64,000 bases of DNA, taken from contig CM060731.1 of assembly GCA_030704615.1 (NCBI GenBank), positions 57,784,001 through 57,848,000 of the forward strand, in the 5' to 3' direction. The position numbers and the translations under genes are program-made. The stretch is from Takakia lepidozioides. Taxonomy: Eukaryota; Plantae; Bryophyta. This document shows, in pieces, positions 36,189-48,400 of the stretch; the first letter of the stretch is position 1; the number at the start of each line of letters is the position of its first letter. The notes below the pieces were generated by a model, which saw only the letters and a list, made by a program, of their open reading frames with translations, had not been told where the DNA came from and did not search any database.

Positions 36189-37713
36189 TTTGCTGAGCAG
36201 CAGAGTTGCAATATTGCGGCAGTCTGGGCAAGTCGTCCTAGGCATTGCGGTAGACAGCACCTCCGTCCGAGCAGAAAGAGGAAAAGCCCAAAAACGTCTG
36301 GTCATTGAGGCGGTCAAGGAGACTGGAGAGGGTCATGTTCAAAAGAGACCAGCCAGGAAAGACAAGTCAGATGTGTTTATGAACAAGGACCGCCTATTGT
36401 GTTTGGACATGGACAAGGAGGTGGCAGAGTTAATGGAGTCAAAGAAGTAAGTCGTATGTGTCTGCTGCTCGGTCATGTTCTTTTAAAGTTACCTTTGTAG
36501 GTATGTATTTTCTGGCAATCTACTGGCTTCTTGTCTGCAGTCTTGTAAGGCCTGTACTCGGTGTGCTGTGCCTGTGCCTCACAGTTGTGTTTGTTGACTT
36601 TGTCGATTGTTAGGTCGGTTGTTCGGTCTGCTGTGACAATGCAGTCCATTGTCCGATTGTCGGGTCTGTTGGTCGGTCTGCTAAGAGTTTCCCTTGACTT
36701 TGGTTTCTGGACTTTCTGGTAATTCAGTTCCCCTCATCGGTCTGCTAAGACTGTGCAGCAGACTGATGTTTTTGGACATTTGTGGAATGAGTGATGTCTT
36801 GGTGGGGTCTGACTGTATGTGCAGGATTGAAAGTCGTTTCCGGCGATTGATGTCCATACATGTAGCTGCTGGGAATAGCATGGTGTATTTTTTCGAAGGA
36901 GACTCGCGGTTCCGATGTGGCATTGCGCCGGAAGACATGAAAGCACTGAACGAGGTTGAGTCGAAGTGCTCGGACAGACTTTTGGATGTCTGGTGTCGTT
37001 TTTTCGAGAACACCCTAGACTCGAGGACGTATGGCACAATCGCTCTTTTGCCAACATCGACGTGGTCTGTTTTCCAGACTTTTGACACAGCCCCATGTGA
37101 AACTTTGGTGGCAAACCTTGATGGTGCTTGACTCCTGCGTGACTTGGCAAAGACATTAAAGACTGCACTCATATATTGGTGCCGGTCTTGCAAGGGTAAG
37201 ACCCGACGGACTTGTTGCACATTTTGATGTCTGCTGAATGTTGGGTCTTCTGTGTGTGTTCGACCTCATGGTCTGTTCGACTGTCGTGTGAGTTGGACGT
37301 CATGGTCTGTTCGACTCCTGCACTATTGGACTGTTGGTCTGCTGGACTGCTAGTCCGTTGCATATGTTGGAGTGCTGTGTGTGTTCAGCAGTTGGCCATT
37401 TGGACAGCCGAGTATGTTTGTCTGTTGGTCTGCAGAGTCTGTTGGGTTTGGGACTAATGAAATTGTCGGGCATGTTCATTTTTACATTGAAGGTGCCACT
37501 AGAGTGTCATTATCATCGACCTAAGGAAAGGCGCCTACACCCACTTGAACTCCCGGAGGGAAATGCATACTTGCGTACAGCTCCTTGGTTGGATTCGGAA
37601 GGTGCATGCAGGGTGCTTTGGATATGCTGTTAGGACTCCACAATGGGATGAAGTAATGGCATTTCAGTTCAACTCTCCTGAAGTGAACCAACAACCTTTC
37701 AGTTGGGTGTTAG

Positions 37714-37905
37714 AGAGGGTTACATCGGTTACACGGGTGAGGGTCACATGGAAAGAGGGTTACATATGGTGGGGATTACATGGGATCACATAAATGGAGG
37801 GTTACATTATGAGGGGTTATGGAGTGAGGGTTACACCCGGCGGAGTTACAGAGGGTTACATGGGTTACATTGGGGTGAGGGGTACAGGATGATGGGGTTA
37901 CAGGG
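37714..37905. repeat. clustered GGGTTACA-type repeats
   Basis: about a dozen G(2-4)TTACA-like units preceding a GC-rich end at ~38107. Confidence 0.75.
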
Positions 37906-38602
37906 GAATTGGCGGACTGGTGGAAGCGGCGGACTGGCGTCGTTTACGATGACGTGGGCGGCGACGACGCGCCGGGGGCGACGACGCCGATGGGATGAGA
38001 GCGGGGCTGGGGAGGGATTGACCGAGCCCAGCCGGCTGCCTTTCGGTGGTTGCTAGAGGCGGAGAACCGGCGGTACGGGGTGTCAGGGCTGGACCGTCCT
38101 GACGCTCTTGCATTAAGTTCTTACATTATTCCTATTATTGGAATTGGAATAATATAGGAATATGAATAATATATTATTATATATTATTATAATAGGAATA
38201 ATATGAATAATAATTAGAATTGGAATAATATTCCTATTTTCTTCTTAATATATCTTATTTGGGCAATCCAGTTATGAAATTTATAATGATTTAGACAGGT
38301 CATGAGCCAAATATGTATTAATTGGGCAAAGAGTCAGTGAGTAATTAATTATTTATCAAACCTAACAACTAGTCTTAAATAATTGATTTGATTTGAAATA
38401 TATTAGGCAGCACTGATCCGGCCATTCTCAGGTGATAACGGGTACCGTTATATTATTTGACACAAGGCGCTACGTGGATCAAGCCATCAATCAAGCTGAC
38501 AACAATCAATCCACTTGTTTGCTTGGTGTAGATTGAAAGGCAAACAAGTTACTTTGAGATAGAGGAGAACTGAGTAGAGCAGCTTTAGCATTGAGAGTGC
38601 AG

Positions 38603-38900
38603 AGAACATTTTTGTGCCCGCAAATTGTACCAGCAAGCTACAACCTGCAGATGTCATCCTTCAAAGACGTCTTAAGCGTGCTTTCAAAATGCAGTATTCG
38701 GAGTGGAGTTCCGCTCAAGTTCGACAACAACTTCAAAGAGAAGTTGCTCCCAAAGACGTTCGACTTGATCTTTTTGTAAAAAACTTAAAAAAACCTGGTT
38801 TGTGGTTGGTCATTACAGTCATGGAAAGATGTGGCGAGGATGGAGGGTATGATTAGAAAAGGTTGGTCAACCTACGGACTGCTGAGACCTTTTGACTTGA
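38603..38900 (+). pseudogene. pogo/Tigger-like (DDE_1) transposase C-terminal fragment
   Basis: IFVPANCTSKLQPADV..R..K and, after a frameshift, W...SW.....MIRKGW..YGL. Confidence 0.75.
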
Positions 38901-39451
38901 GTTTCAGAATGAGGCCATTGAATATAATGCAACCTCTTCTTTATTCAACATAGCTTTATCAGATTTGTCTACAGAGACTCAGTCTATTGGTACTGAATCT
39001 GAATTAGTGGTAGTTGAAGAAGAACTAGCTGAAGATGTTTCTGAAGTAATGATTCTGTTTTCTGGACTGAGCTTATGAAAAAGTAGGTTGATTTTTAATT
39101 TCTTTTCATAGCTTATAGATTGATAGTAATCAGAACTATCACGATGTACTTCTATGAATCAAGATAATTTCAAAACATATTTAATCATAATTTTCAAGAT
39201 TTGGGCATTTTTTTATGAGAATTTATGAAATTTCAGCATTTGTTTTCAATCATTTTGCATGATTGGACTATTAAGGTCTGAATTTTATATTTTTTTGGAC
39301 AAATGCTTAAAATAATTATTTTATGCCCAACCGTATAAGAGGCTACGGTAGTCTTTCTTTCCGGCCCTTCCAAACATGGCAAGCATTGAATTCCCAAGCA
39401 AGGAGACATCCAAAACTATGACTTAAAATGTGAACATGCTTCCTGTGTGTG

Positions 39452-42400
39452 GAACAGACGATCTTGGGAAACACAAACGGAGCCTGGGGACTAGCTTAGA
39501 GTGTGCAGGCAACCCCGAGCTTATACTTTCTGCTTTTCAATGCACCCAAAAGGTTATGCCTGTCCCAAAAGGTTACCTCCTTCCTGGTAATTGGTTTGTT
39601 TCTCCCCATCTGAGTGATGGAAATTGTTTCGGAGCATGTGTGGGTGCAGACCTATTTTGAAGGGGCCAAGCTTTGGGGTGCATGGACAGGTATATAGGAC
39701 TTGTGTAGAGATCGATGTATGGGAGGAACAAAAGCAGCTTTTTTCATTCCCGTAACTCCCCAATACGTGCAGTCGCCCCACAACTTGCTTTGACTGTTTA
39801 TGCCCCCCCCCCACTATCTAAAGTGGTATGCACCATGAATACTACTGCTATGTAACTCCAGTACGTCAGTACATCTCTTTGTCCTAGTGGGGGGTCATGC
39901 TTCATCATTGGTGGGTCAATTACGATACCCTAGATGAATGTGATTTAACAACACTCCCCCTCGATCTGAAGATGGGTATTTCAGAGGATCAGAAGATTGA
40001 TGCAGAATGGTTCATAGACAGTGGTGCCTCCAAGCATGTCACTGGTCACAAAAATCTACTCTGTGAATATGAGAAGGGTGGTAGCTCCAACATCAACACT
40101 GCTGGGGGAGAAGCTCTCGCTGTAAAGGGACAGGGCAATGTGAAGATTCCCACTGTAGATGGAGCAATAAAATTTGAGAAGGTTCTGTATGTACCGGGTA
40201 TCACGAAAAATTTGCTTTCAGTAGGATCTATTGCTGACAAGAAACACAAAGTTCTCTTTGATTCAAGCAGAGTCTGGATACTGAACAACTTCCCTACACC
40301 AGAATCTCGATTGTCACAGCAAGATAGGTCCAATGGCCTTTACAAATTCAGACCACCTAGAAAATCTGAAATAAATGTTGCTGAAAGCATTGAGGCCGAC
40401 ACAGCAGAAAAGAACGCACTCCTCTGGCACAGGAGAATGGGGCATGTTAACTTCAAAAGTCGACAGTTGATGGCCTCAAATGCTAAGGTTGAAGGACTGC
40501 CTCAAATCACAATTCCAGACATTTCTGCATTGCATGCCACACTGGCAAACAGTGTAGAAAGCCAAAAAAGGGAGCAAGGGCAAACATCTGCGATGCATGC
40601 AAAGAATCATGGGAGCGGGCCCCAAAGCATGGAGCTCGACGAACAGAGGAGCCCCTGGCCCTAATCCTCACTGACCTATGTGGACCTCTCTCCACCAAAT
40701 CAGCTTCTGGATCGAGGTACATACTCACCATGACTGATGACTTCAGTCGATATACCTGGCTCTATATACCTGGCTCTATTTTTTGAAGAAGAAAAGCGAG
40801 ACTTTGACTAAGTTCAAACAATTTAAGGCTACTGTTGAACTTCAGAGAGGCTCAAAAATTAAAGCCATACGCTGAGACAGGGGAAGTGAATACACCTCAA
40901 ACGAGTTTATCAAGTTCTGTGGTGATAACGGAATTGTGAGGCAGCTAACTCAAGCTCACACTCCACACCAAAACGGAGTAGCTGAGCGGAAAAACAGGAG
41001 CTTGTTGGAGTGAGCACGGAGCATGGCTTTTGAAAGCAATCTACCTGCTCACTTATGGTCTGAAGCAGCCCCTTGACAAGTAGTGCTTCTCCATCCCCAC
41101 GTTTCCCGTGCTTGACTTCACTACAGAGGGCAGATCGTTGCGATACATGATGCTGTTGACGAGACCTTCGAAGGTCTCAGGTAGGGCCATCAAGACATAT
41201 TCCACGATTTTGGAGTCATTTACAATTTCTCCAATGCATGCTAGCTCGTTCAATAGCTCCTTCAACTTAGTGAGGAAGTCGGTCATCGATCCAGTGTCTT
41301 CTTCGAACTTCAGATTGACCAGCCTCCTCCTGAGCAGCAGACGTCGTGAGTTCGTGTTGTTGGCAAACATCTCCTTTAAGAGATAATTGGCTTCATTGCG
41401 AAGGAACTGTCACTATGAATATTTACAAGTCCTAATCGTACTCTAAGCTTTTCGAATGCAGTTCTTCCCAGGGATTTCGTCAATATGTCAGCCAGTTGTT
41501 CCGTTGTAGGCACGTGATTCACTTTGACCTCCCCTGAAATGATCTTCTCTCTCACAAAATGGTGCTTTACCTCAATGTGTTTTGTCCGTCCGTGATAAAC
41601 TGGGTTGTGCGCCAAGTTGAGGCTTCCTTGGTTGTCATCGCAAATGGTCGTGGACTGTTTTGAATCTTGGATTCCGATTTCCCCTAGCAGCCTCCGCAGT
41701 CAAACAGCCTCCTTGGTGCCTTCAGTCACAGCCATGTACTCTGCTTCAGTTGATGAAAGCGCCACCGTAGGTTGCTTCTTGCTGTTCCAAGTGATCGGAG
41801 TGCTCCCGAGCATAAACACATATCCTGTTGTCGAATTTCTATCGTAGGCATCGCCTGCCCAATCAGCATCCGTAAATCCAAAAAGATCATCATCCTCCCC
41901 TCGCCGATACAACAAAGCAAAATCGATTGTACCTCGTAAGTACCTATAGATGTGTTTCACTGCCTGAGCATGAGGTTCTTGCGGCTGGGACATAAATCTG
42001 CTCACAACACTGACTGCAAATGCTATGTCAATTCAGAAAAATCAACTTGCCTACCATTCGTTGGTAGTGTGCTATATCTGCAAGTGGACCCCCCATGTCG
42101 GGAACAAGCTTGATCTTCTCAGGCAGTGGTGTGTGAGTAGGATTGCAGTCGGAAAATCCAAATTCCCTTAGCATCTCTTTGATGTACTGTCTCTGAGTAA
42201 CCATGATTCCTTCATCCACGAATATAAATTCTAGTCCAAGTGAGTATGACAGGAGACCTAAGTCTGACATCTCGAACTCCTTTTGAATTTCTTCTCGTAT
42301 CAAAGCTATGCGTTCATCGTGGTTGCCAGTAAGGTAGACATCATCAACATAGAGAATGAGCAAAACAGTCTTCCCTTTTTCTTCGTAGAAGTAAAGGTTG

Positions 42401-44100
42401 TAGTCTGCATTCGACTTGAACAACCCTTGACTCTTGAGGTAAGCATCGACCTTACTGTACCAGGCTCTAGGTGCCTGTTTCAGACCATAGAGTGTTTTTT
42501 TGAGTTTGCAGGCATACTCACCTATGGAAGCTGCTTCAAAGCCTGGAGGTGGTAAGACGTAGATTTCTTCTTCTAGAATTCCGTTGAGGAATGCTGTCTT
42601 AACATCCAAGTGGAAGATTTTCCACCCCTTGTGTGCTGCCAGAGCTACCATGCTTCTCAAGGTGTTCCACTTCACCACAGGAGCAAAGGTTTCCGTGTAG
42701 TCCTGCCCTTCCTTCTGTTGGAATCCCTTGGCCACCAGCCTCGCTTTGAGTTTTGCTGCCGATCCATCTGCATTTGTTTTTACACGGTATATCCACTTGG
42801 TGGCAATGGGCTTTCTGTCATGAGGTAGATGAACTAATTCCCAAGTGTCGTTCTTGTAAATGGATTGAAGCTCATTGTCCATTGCCTCCTTCCACCCAGG
42901 ATGCAACATGGCCATCTTGTGATCCAAAGGCAAGTCGATCAACTGGATCTCTTCAGCGGCATTAATGTGATAGTCTTGAAATTTGGTGGGAATTCGACTT
43001 ACTTTGCCACTCCTGGTAACTGAGGTGGGTAGGTCTAGAGTTGCCAATCGTCTTCTTTGGTACGTCTTCAGCGGCACAATGGTACGAGCGGGTGGATCGA
43101 GACTCATTGATGGCTGAATGAGGAATCATATCGTAAGCGGGGGCCGGGAGTGCGCCACCTGAGATGCTTGGATTTCTCCTTCATGACCTAATTGTGTAGC
43201 CTTGAAAGGATGATCTCGATTGCCCAACGGTGGTGAGGTTCGGTGATATTGGCCAGATGCGGGATTATATTGTCTTTCACATACAAAACAATCATCGTTA
43301 GTGCCTTCTGTCTACGCACTTTGAGAGCAGCCATCCCTTCGTCTGTGGCTGGGTTCAACGTTCTTCATGTAGGCTCCACCACCTCCCACAGGTCTTCACG
43401 TGTAAGCATGTTCTTGAGCTTGAAGCTCCAGACACTGTAGTTCTGGGCTCCTTCTAGCTTGGAAGCATCGCCAACTGAAGACTCTCTGAAACTCATGGTG
43501 GTTTGAGATTGTGGAGCTGAGCTCAACACAAATGGTCTGCTTCTACTGTTCCCCTGCAGCTAAGTCTGACAGTTTCCTCTAAAAACGAACTTCGCTGCAC
43601 TGATCACTCGGCTCTGATACCATGTAGAGATCGCTGTATGGGAGGAACAGAAGCAGCTTTTTTCATTCACGTAACTCCCCAATATATGCAGTGGCCCCAC
43701 AACTTTGCTTTGACTGTTTATGCCCCGCCCCACTATCTAAAGTGGTATGCACCATGAATACTTCTGCTATGTAACTCCCGTACATCAGTACATCTCTTTG
43801 TCCTAGTGGGGGGTCATGCTTCATCATTAGCATGTAACTAATCTAACCGGTGGGTTAATTACAATACCCTAGATGAATCTGATTTAACAACAACTGGCAG
43901 GGCCATCGTTGGCATATCCTCAGCAGAGGATTCGATTACATTTCAGCCAATGAACCTCATTTTAGGATGCGTCTGGGGAACCTTTGGGGGTTTCCTCAGT
44001 CACAGTGACCTGCCAAAGCTGGTGGACAAGTACTTGGCTGGGCTATAGTGCACTTGACACATTGATCACAGACTTTTGCACTGAGCTTCGGGTCATTCCA
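39452..44100 (+). pseudogene. zinc-type alcohol dehydrogenase (ADH/GSNOR-like) C-terminal pseudogene fragment split by the Copia element
   Basis: SLECAGNPELILSAFQCTQK left of the element; AIVGISSAEDSITFQPMNLILGCVWGTFGGFLSHSDLPKLVDKYLAG and LDTLIT right of it; indels present. Confidence 0.72.
39704..43892 (-). mobile_element. Ty1/Copia LTR retrotransposon with rearranged interior
   Basis: LTRs 39704-39953 and 43623-43892 (TG..CA), TSD ACTTG/ACTGG, PBS TGGTATCAGAGC at 43611-43622, PPT GAGGGGGAG at 39954-39962. Gag N 43218-43496 (-), RT/RH 41380-43217 (-; LYVDD, TDADWAG, ADILTK), gag C 41071-41379 (-), PR/IN 39974-41070 (+; WFIDSGAS, WHRRMGH, QNGVAERKNR). Confidence 0.95.
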
Positions 44101-44299
44101 ATCTACAGTAGGAGCAGTTATGGAGCATGTGTATATATATGGAACAGACATGTGTGTATTTTGCATCAAAATGTGTACCATACTACTGGCACTTGATGGC
44201 TGGTTACAATAATGTGTTCCAATTTTTGAGAGCTTTGTTTTGAACCACGCAGCTTTCTAACACTAGGAAATCAAGCTGGATCGCGACACCACCCATAGA

Positions 44300-44947
44300 T
44301 TGCCCTTCCCACAAATCAACGATGCCGTGCAGCTCATGCAGGAGAGTACATACATTCGATGTGTGCTGAACTATTTCAATGAGTGACTTGTTCTACGCTG
44401 ATGCAAGAGGAGAGCAAGCCTCAAATTCCCTATTACCAAGGGGTGGACATCACATCTAGACATGACCGCAACAGACTCATTAGGAGAGAGCTTATGGAAT
44501 TACATGTCAAGAGAACTTGGAAGCTACCCAATCTCACGACAAAGCTCCACTTCTATCGAGAGACATTCTTGGTGCTCCGAAATGATAGAATCTTGAGGCC
44601 AAATTACCTTTCAGCATCCTTATCTCCTTCCCTCCTGAGGGCATTGGGGCGGTTCAGGGTGGGTTCCCACAACCTACGGATAGAGATAGAGACTGGCAGA
44701 TGGGAAAACCTGCAACGGGAGGACCGCCTATGTCCAGGGAGATTCCACGGTCTATTCCGCGGCACTCAATGTCTCACGGATCAGAAATGCTTGGCAGCTT
44801 TCCTGCACGAGGCCTTCACCCTAACACAATCCCTAGAATATTAGTTCTCATTCTTGGGCTCTGGTTTTGTTTCCTCTCTCATGTTTTTTTTCCATTTTGT
44901 CCCATAAGCTCTATGAGCATTCCGCAGACGTTATAAAGCATTTCATT
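44300..44947 (+). mobile_element. 3' fragment of LINE family B
   Basis: KLHFY..NYL...RFRVGSHNLRIE.ETGRW...EDRLC motif typical of non-L1 LINE ORF C-termini; 3' end cccataagctctatgagc..gacgttataaag..tttca shared with the 49.9 kb and 11.95 kb copies; 5' boundary approximate. Confidence 0.8.
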
Positions 44948-45479
44948 GGATGCCCCGGATGAATTTCACTTCATTTTGATTGGAAATATGTTTTATGCGG
45001 ATATAAAATAGGAATAATGTAAGAAATTAATGCAGACGTGCAATCTGACGATACTTTTTTGGGACCCCCCCCTGATGATGATGACGTGGTTGATGATGAT
45101 GTGGTTGACGATGATGTGTCCTAAGAACCTCGGCAATGATGATGTGGCACTGTGGCACCCTATTCGCCTTCTTAACTAACTACCTTCAGTCGTCACTGCA
45201 ACATATCCTCGCCTATGAGTTTGAGGGGTTTCAACAATGCAAGTTTAGCCTAAACTACGAGATGTCAGGGATTTCCACCTTAAGGGCCCATCTCCTGCTT
45301 GCAAACACACAGAAAGGAAGGTATGCTAAACAATTACTTCGTCTAGACAAGGCATCTACATCGCACATTCCTGTTGCATTTTGTAACCTCACGTCTTGCA
45401 CACAAAAGTGGAATGGAAAATGTGGACTTGAATCCTTTAGCTCAAATCATTGGTCAAAACAGAGGAAGCCGCATGGTAA

Positions 45480-48400
45480 TTATGGACTAGAGGAGTAGCC
45501 ATAGTCCTCAAAGTCTGCATAACCAAACTCAGGTTCAGTGTGCTCGTAGTAGATTATGTTACAACCACTCGGTACCAATTCACCTACTGAACTCATGAAT
45601 GTTAAGTCACAGTCTACAACAACCAGAGACTTGAGTGCACTCAACTGCTTGAAATTGTCAGGCAGCTCTTTCAACAAAAAGCAATCAGCTATACTAAGTT
45701 CAATTAGTGAGCTCAAATTCCCAAAGTCAACCGGCAAGTCCGTCAAGCTTGAACAGTAGCCAAGGGAGAGTGTGTGCAGATGGGACAGTTGCCCGAACCC
45801 CTCCGGCAACTTCTCCAGACTCTCGCATCCGTACAAATTCAGCTCACGCAAGGATTGCAATCGACCAAAATCAGCTGGCAGCTCCTGCAGCTGTTTACAC
45901 TGCCACAACTGTAAGTTTTGTAGCATGCCCAACTTCCCAAATCCCTGAGGGAGCTTTCTGAGGTCCTCACAACCGCCCAAGTCAAGCTTTTGCAGCTCAT
46001 TGAGCCGCCCAAAATCCTCTGGCAATTCTCTCAACTTCTTGCACGAGCGCAGTTCCAATATCTGTAGAGATTTCAACTCTCCAAAACCCATGGGAAGCTC
46101 TTCCAAGTTCTCACAGAGACTCAAATCCAATGTATGTAGAGATCTGAGCCGCCCAATTTCCTTGGGTAGCTGCTTCAAGTTCTTGCATTCGCTAATGGAT
46201 AGAACCTTCAACTCTCGAGGAAACTGCAAACAAAAACCAATCAAGTTTGTCAAGCTGCGTTGAGTATGTTGGTGTCAAAGGCTTCCAACACAACCTGGCT
46301 GGCAGACAATATTCAGGCTGGTGACCAAGAACATCTGGTGCACAAAAAAATCCACGTGAACACCATTTATATACCATCTGTTTGCCTTTATCTCCAGGCA
46401 TGCCCACTGCCATGGTATCTGAAAAGGTTCAATTAGTTAGGATTCAAACACATTGACCACTTAAATACTGAGCTTGGCTGTTCTGAGAAGAGGGCCAAAA
46501 ATGTGGCTTAGCAAGTATACTTCTTGCAATGAAGACCTAGTGACAGTGTAATCCACAATACTGACAACCACCTTGAAGAAATTTTAGCAAACAATCTCAA
46601 GACAGTTAATGCCATGCTACAACCATGTGGTGACTATCTTAGGTAACCGTACTGACTGTTCCATACCTTTCCTCAGTCACACATAGCGAGCAAAGACAGC
46701 ATCTGCTCTTGAGACTCATGCGGTCACATGTCTCACCCCTGTGTCCAAGTAGGGCCCCCTATACATACAAAGCCCAAGCACACCTGAAAAAAATTGCTCG
46801 TTCCCTCCAGCTAGGAGGCATAATCAGGCTGTTAATGATGAAGTGCAGTAGTAGTTGTTCCCTGGTAGATAGATGACCTTACCTCTACATCTCTGAAGTC
46901 CAAGTCCACTTCACACATCCTCATGACCGCCAGATGATTCAGTTTGCCCAACTCCTGGAATGGCACTGCCCCTTTTGTAATGAAGAGCTGAAGCTGTGTT
47001 GGAGCTCTAATGCACTGTCCAACAACCTCATTTTCCAAAATAAGAATGCGTAGAGACTTGGACAATACGTCTAGCTTTTCTGCAGGCAAGGGCTCCATGC
47101 AATTTCTTAGACAGAGCCCTTCAACCTTCTTCAAGTCCTGCATTGCACAGAAGTTGGAACCATTCAGTGACCAGTAAGGGGCTCAGTAGGTACCTCCTTT
47201 CCCTCAGTCTGCATAGGTGGCCATCAGTCCCTCTACAACAGCTGAAACATCATTGTAGACTGAAGCTGTAATAAAATCATTGAATGGCTTGCAGATATGA
47301 TCTTATATCTCTTATTCGCAGTGAATCTCACCTTGTCATTGTCCGTGAGGATCAGAGGTAATTCACTTGCCCCATCCGACCAAACACGTACACCTGCCTC
47401 AATATTCCGGCCCAAAGCGACAAAAAGATCATGTACTTGCACCCTAGCAATGTTGTCACTGTCTAGCCGCTTCTTCACCAAAGCTAGTTCTTCCAGTGCT
47501 ACTAACCGCTCTTCACCTATCAGGTGAGTAACTGTATCCCATGGTAGGTCGAGGAAGAAGGCCGTTATATCCAGAAAAGCTTTAGCCTCAGACTTGGCTA
47601 GCTGGTCATAACTGAACTCCAGACTGTGGTAAAGCCGATTCTCCTTCGTACCGGTAAGAGAGTCCCAACCTTGTAGTGAATCAATCACATGCTTCCAAGC
47701 AGTCTGATGGAACTTGAGGTACTTCCCAACAACTTCTAAGGCCAATGGCAGTCCCCCACAGACCTTTAGAACATCACTCACTTGATGTATCTTAGTGGAG
47801 GGTGTCTCCTTCCCATTGAATGCATGCATGCATAGAAGCTTTCTAGCTTGAGCTGGCCCCAGCTCTTCAACCTCATAAGGTTGATTATCAATGTCCTTCT
47901 CTCTTAGCACTGTACACACATTTGCGTCACGGCTGGTGATTAGGATCCGACTCTTGTTTGGCAGGATCAATTTATCAGGTAGTAGGTAATTCAAAACCTC
48001 TGCATTGAGCACATTGTCTATGAAGATAAACAAGGGATCAGAGCACTGATTCTGTAGAAAATGTCCGAGCTTTTGACACCCTTCCTTGTAATCACCCAAG
48101 CGGTGTTTAACGCCTGACAACCTCTCCATCATGTTGGCTTGCAGGTCACGTATCTTGTCGAGAGAGGGGTTCTCTCCCACTTCAATCTTACAATGTGTCC
48201 GGCCTGTTAAATTCAGGCGTGCATACACTCCATCACCCAATGTGGACTTACCAATCCCTCCCATGCCATGTAGTACGACTGCACGTACTGAGTGATCTCG
48301 CACCTTCAGCATTCCAATCACAGCATCCACCCGCTCATCAAGTCCAACTGCAAAGGACAGCATATAAGCATCTTGTCAAGGGTTTCTCCAGCAGAATGGT

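Noticed and set aside
37714-37905. Telomere relic (GGTTACA resembles the fission yeast repeat)
   Set aside because: Units are irregularly spaced and are not TTTAGGG; more likely subterminal TE repeats
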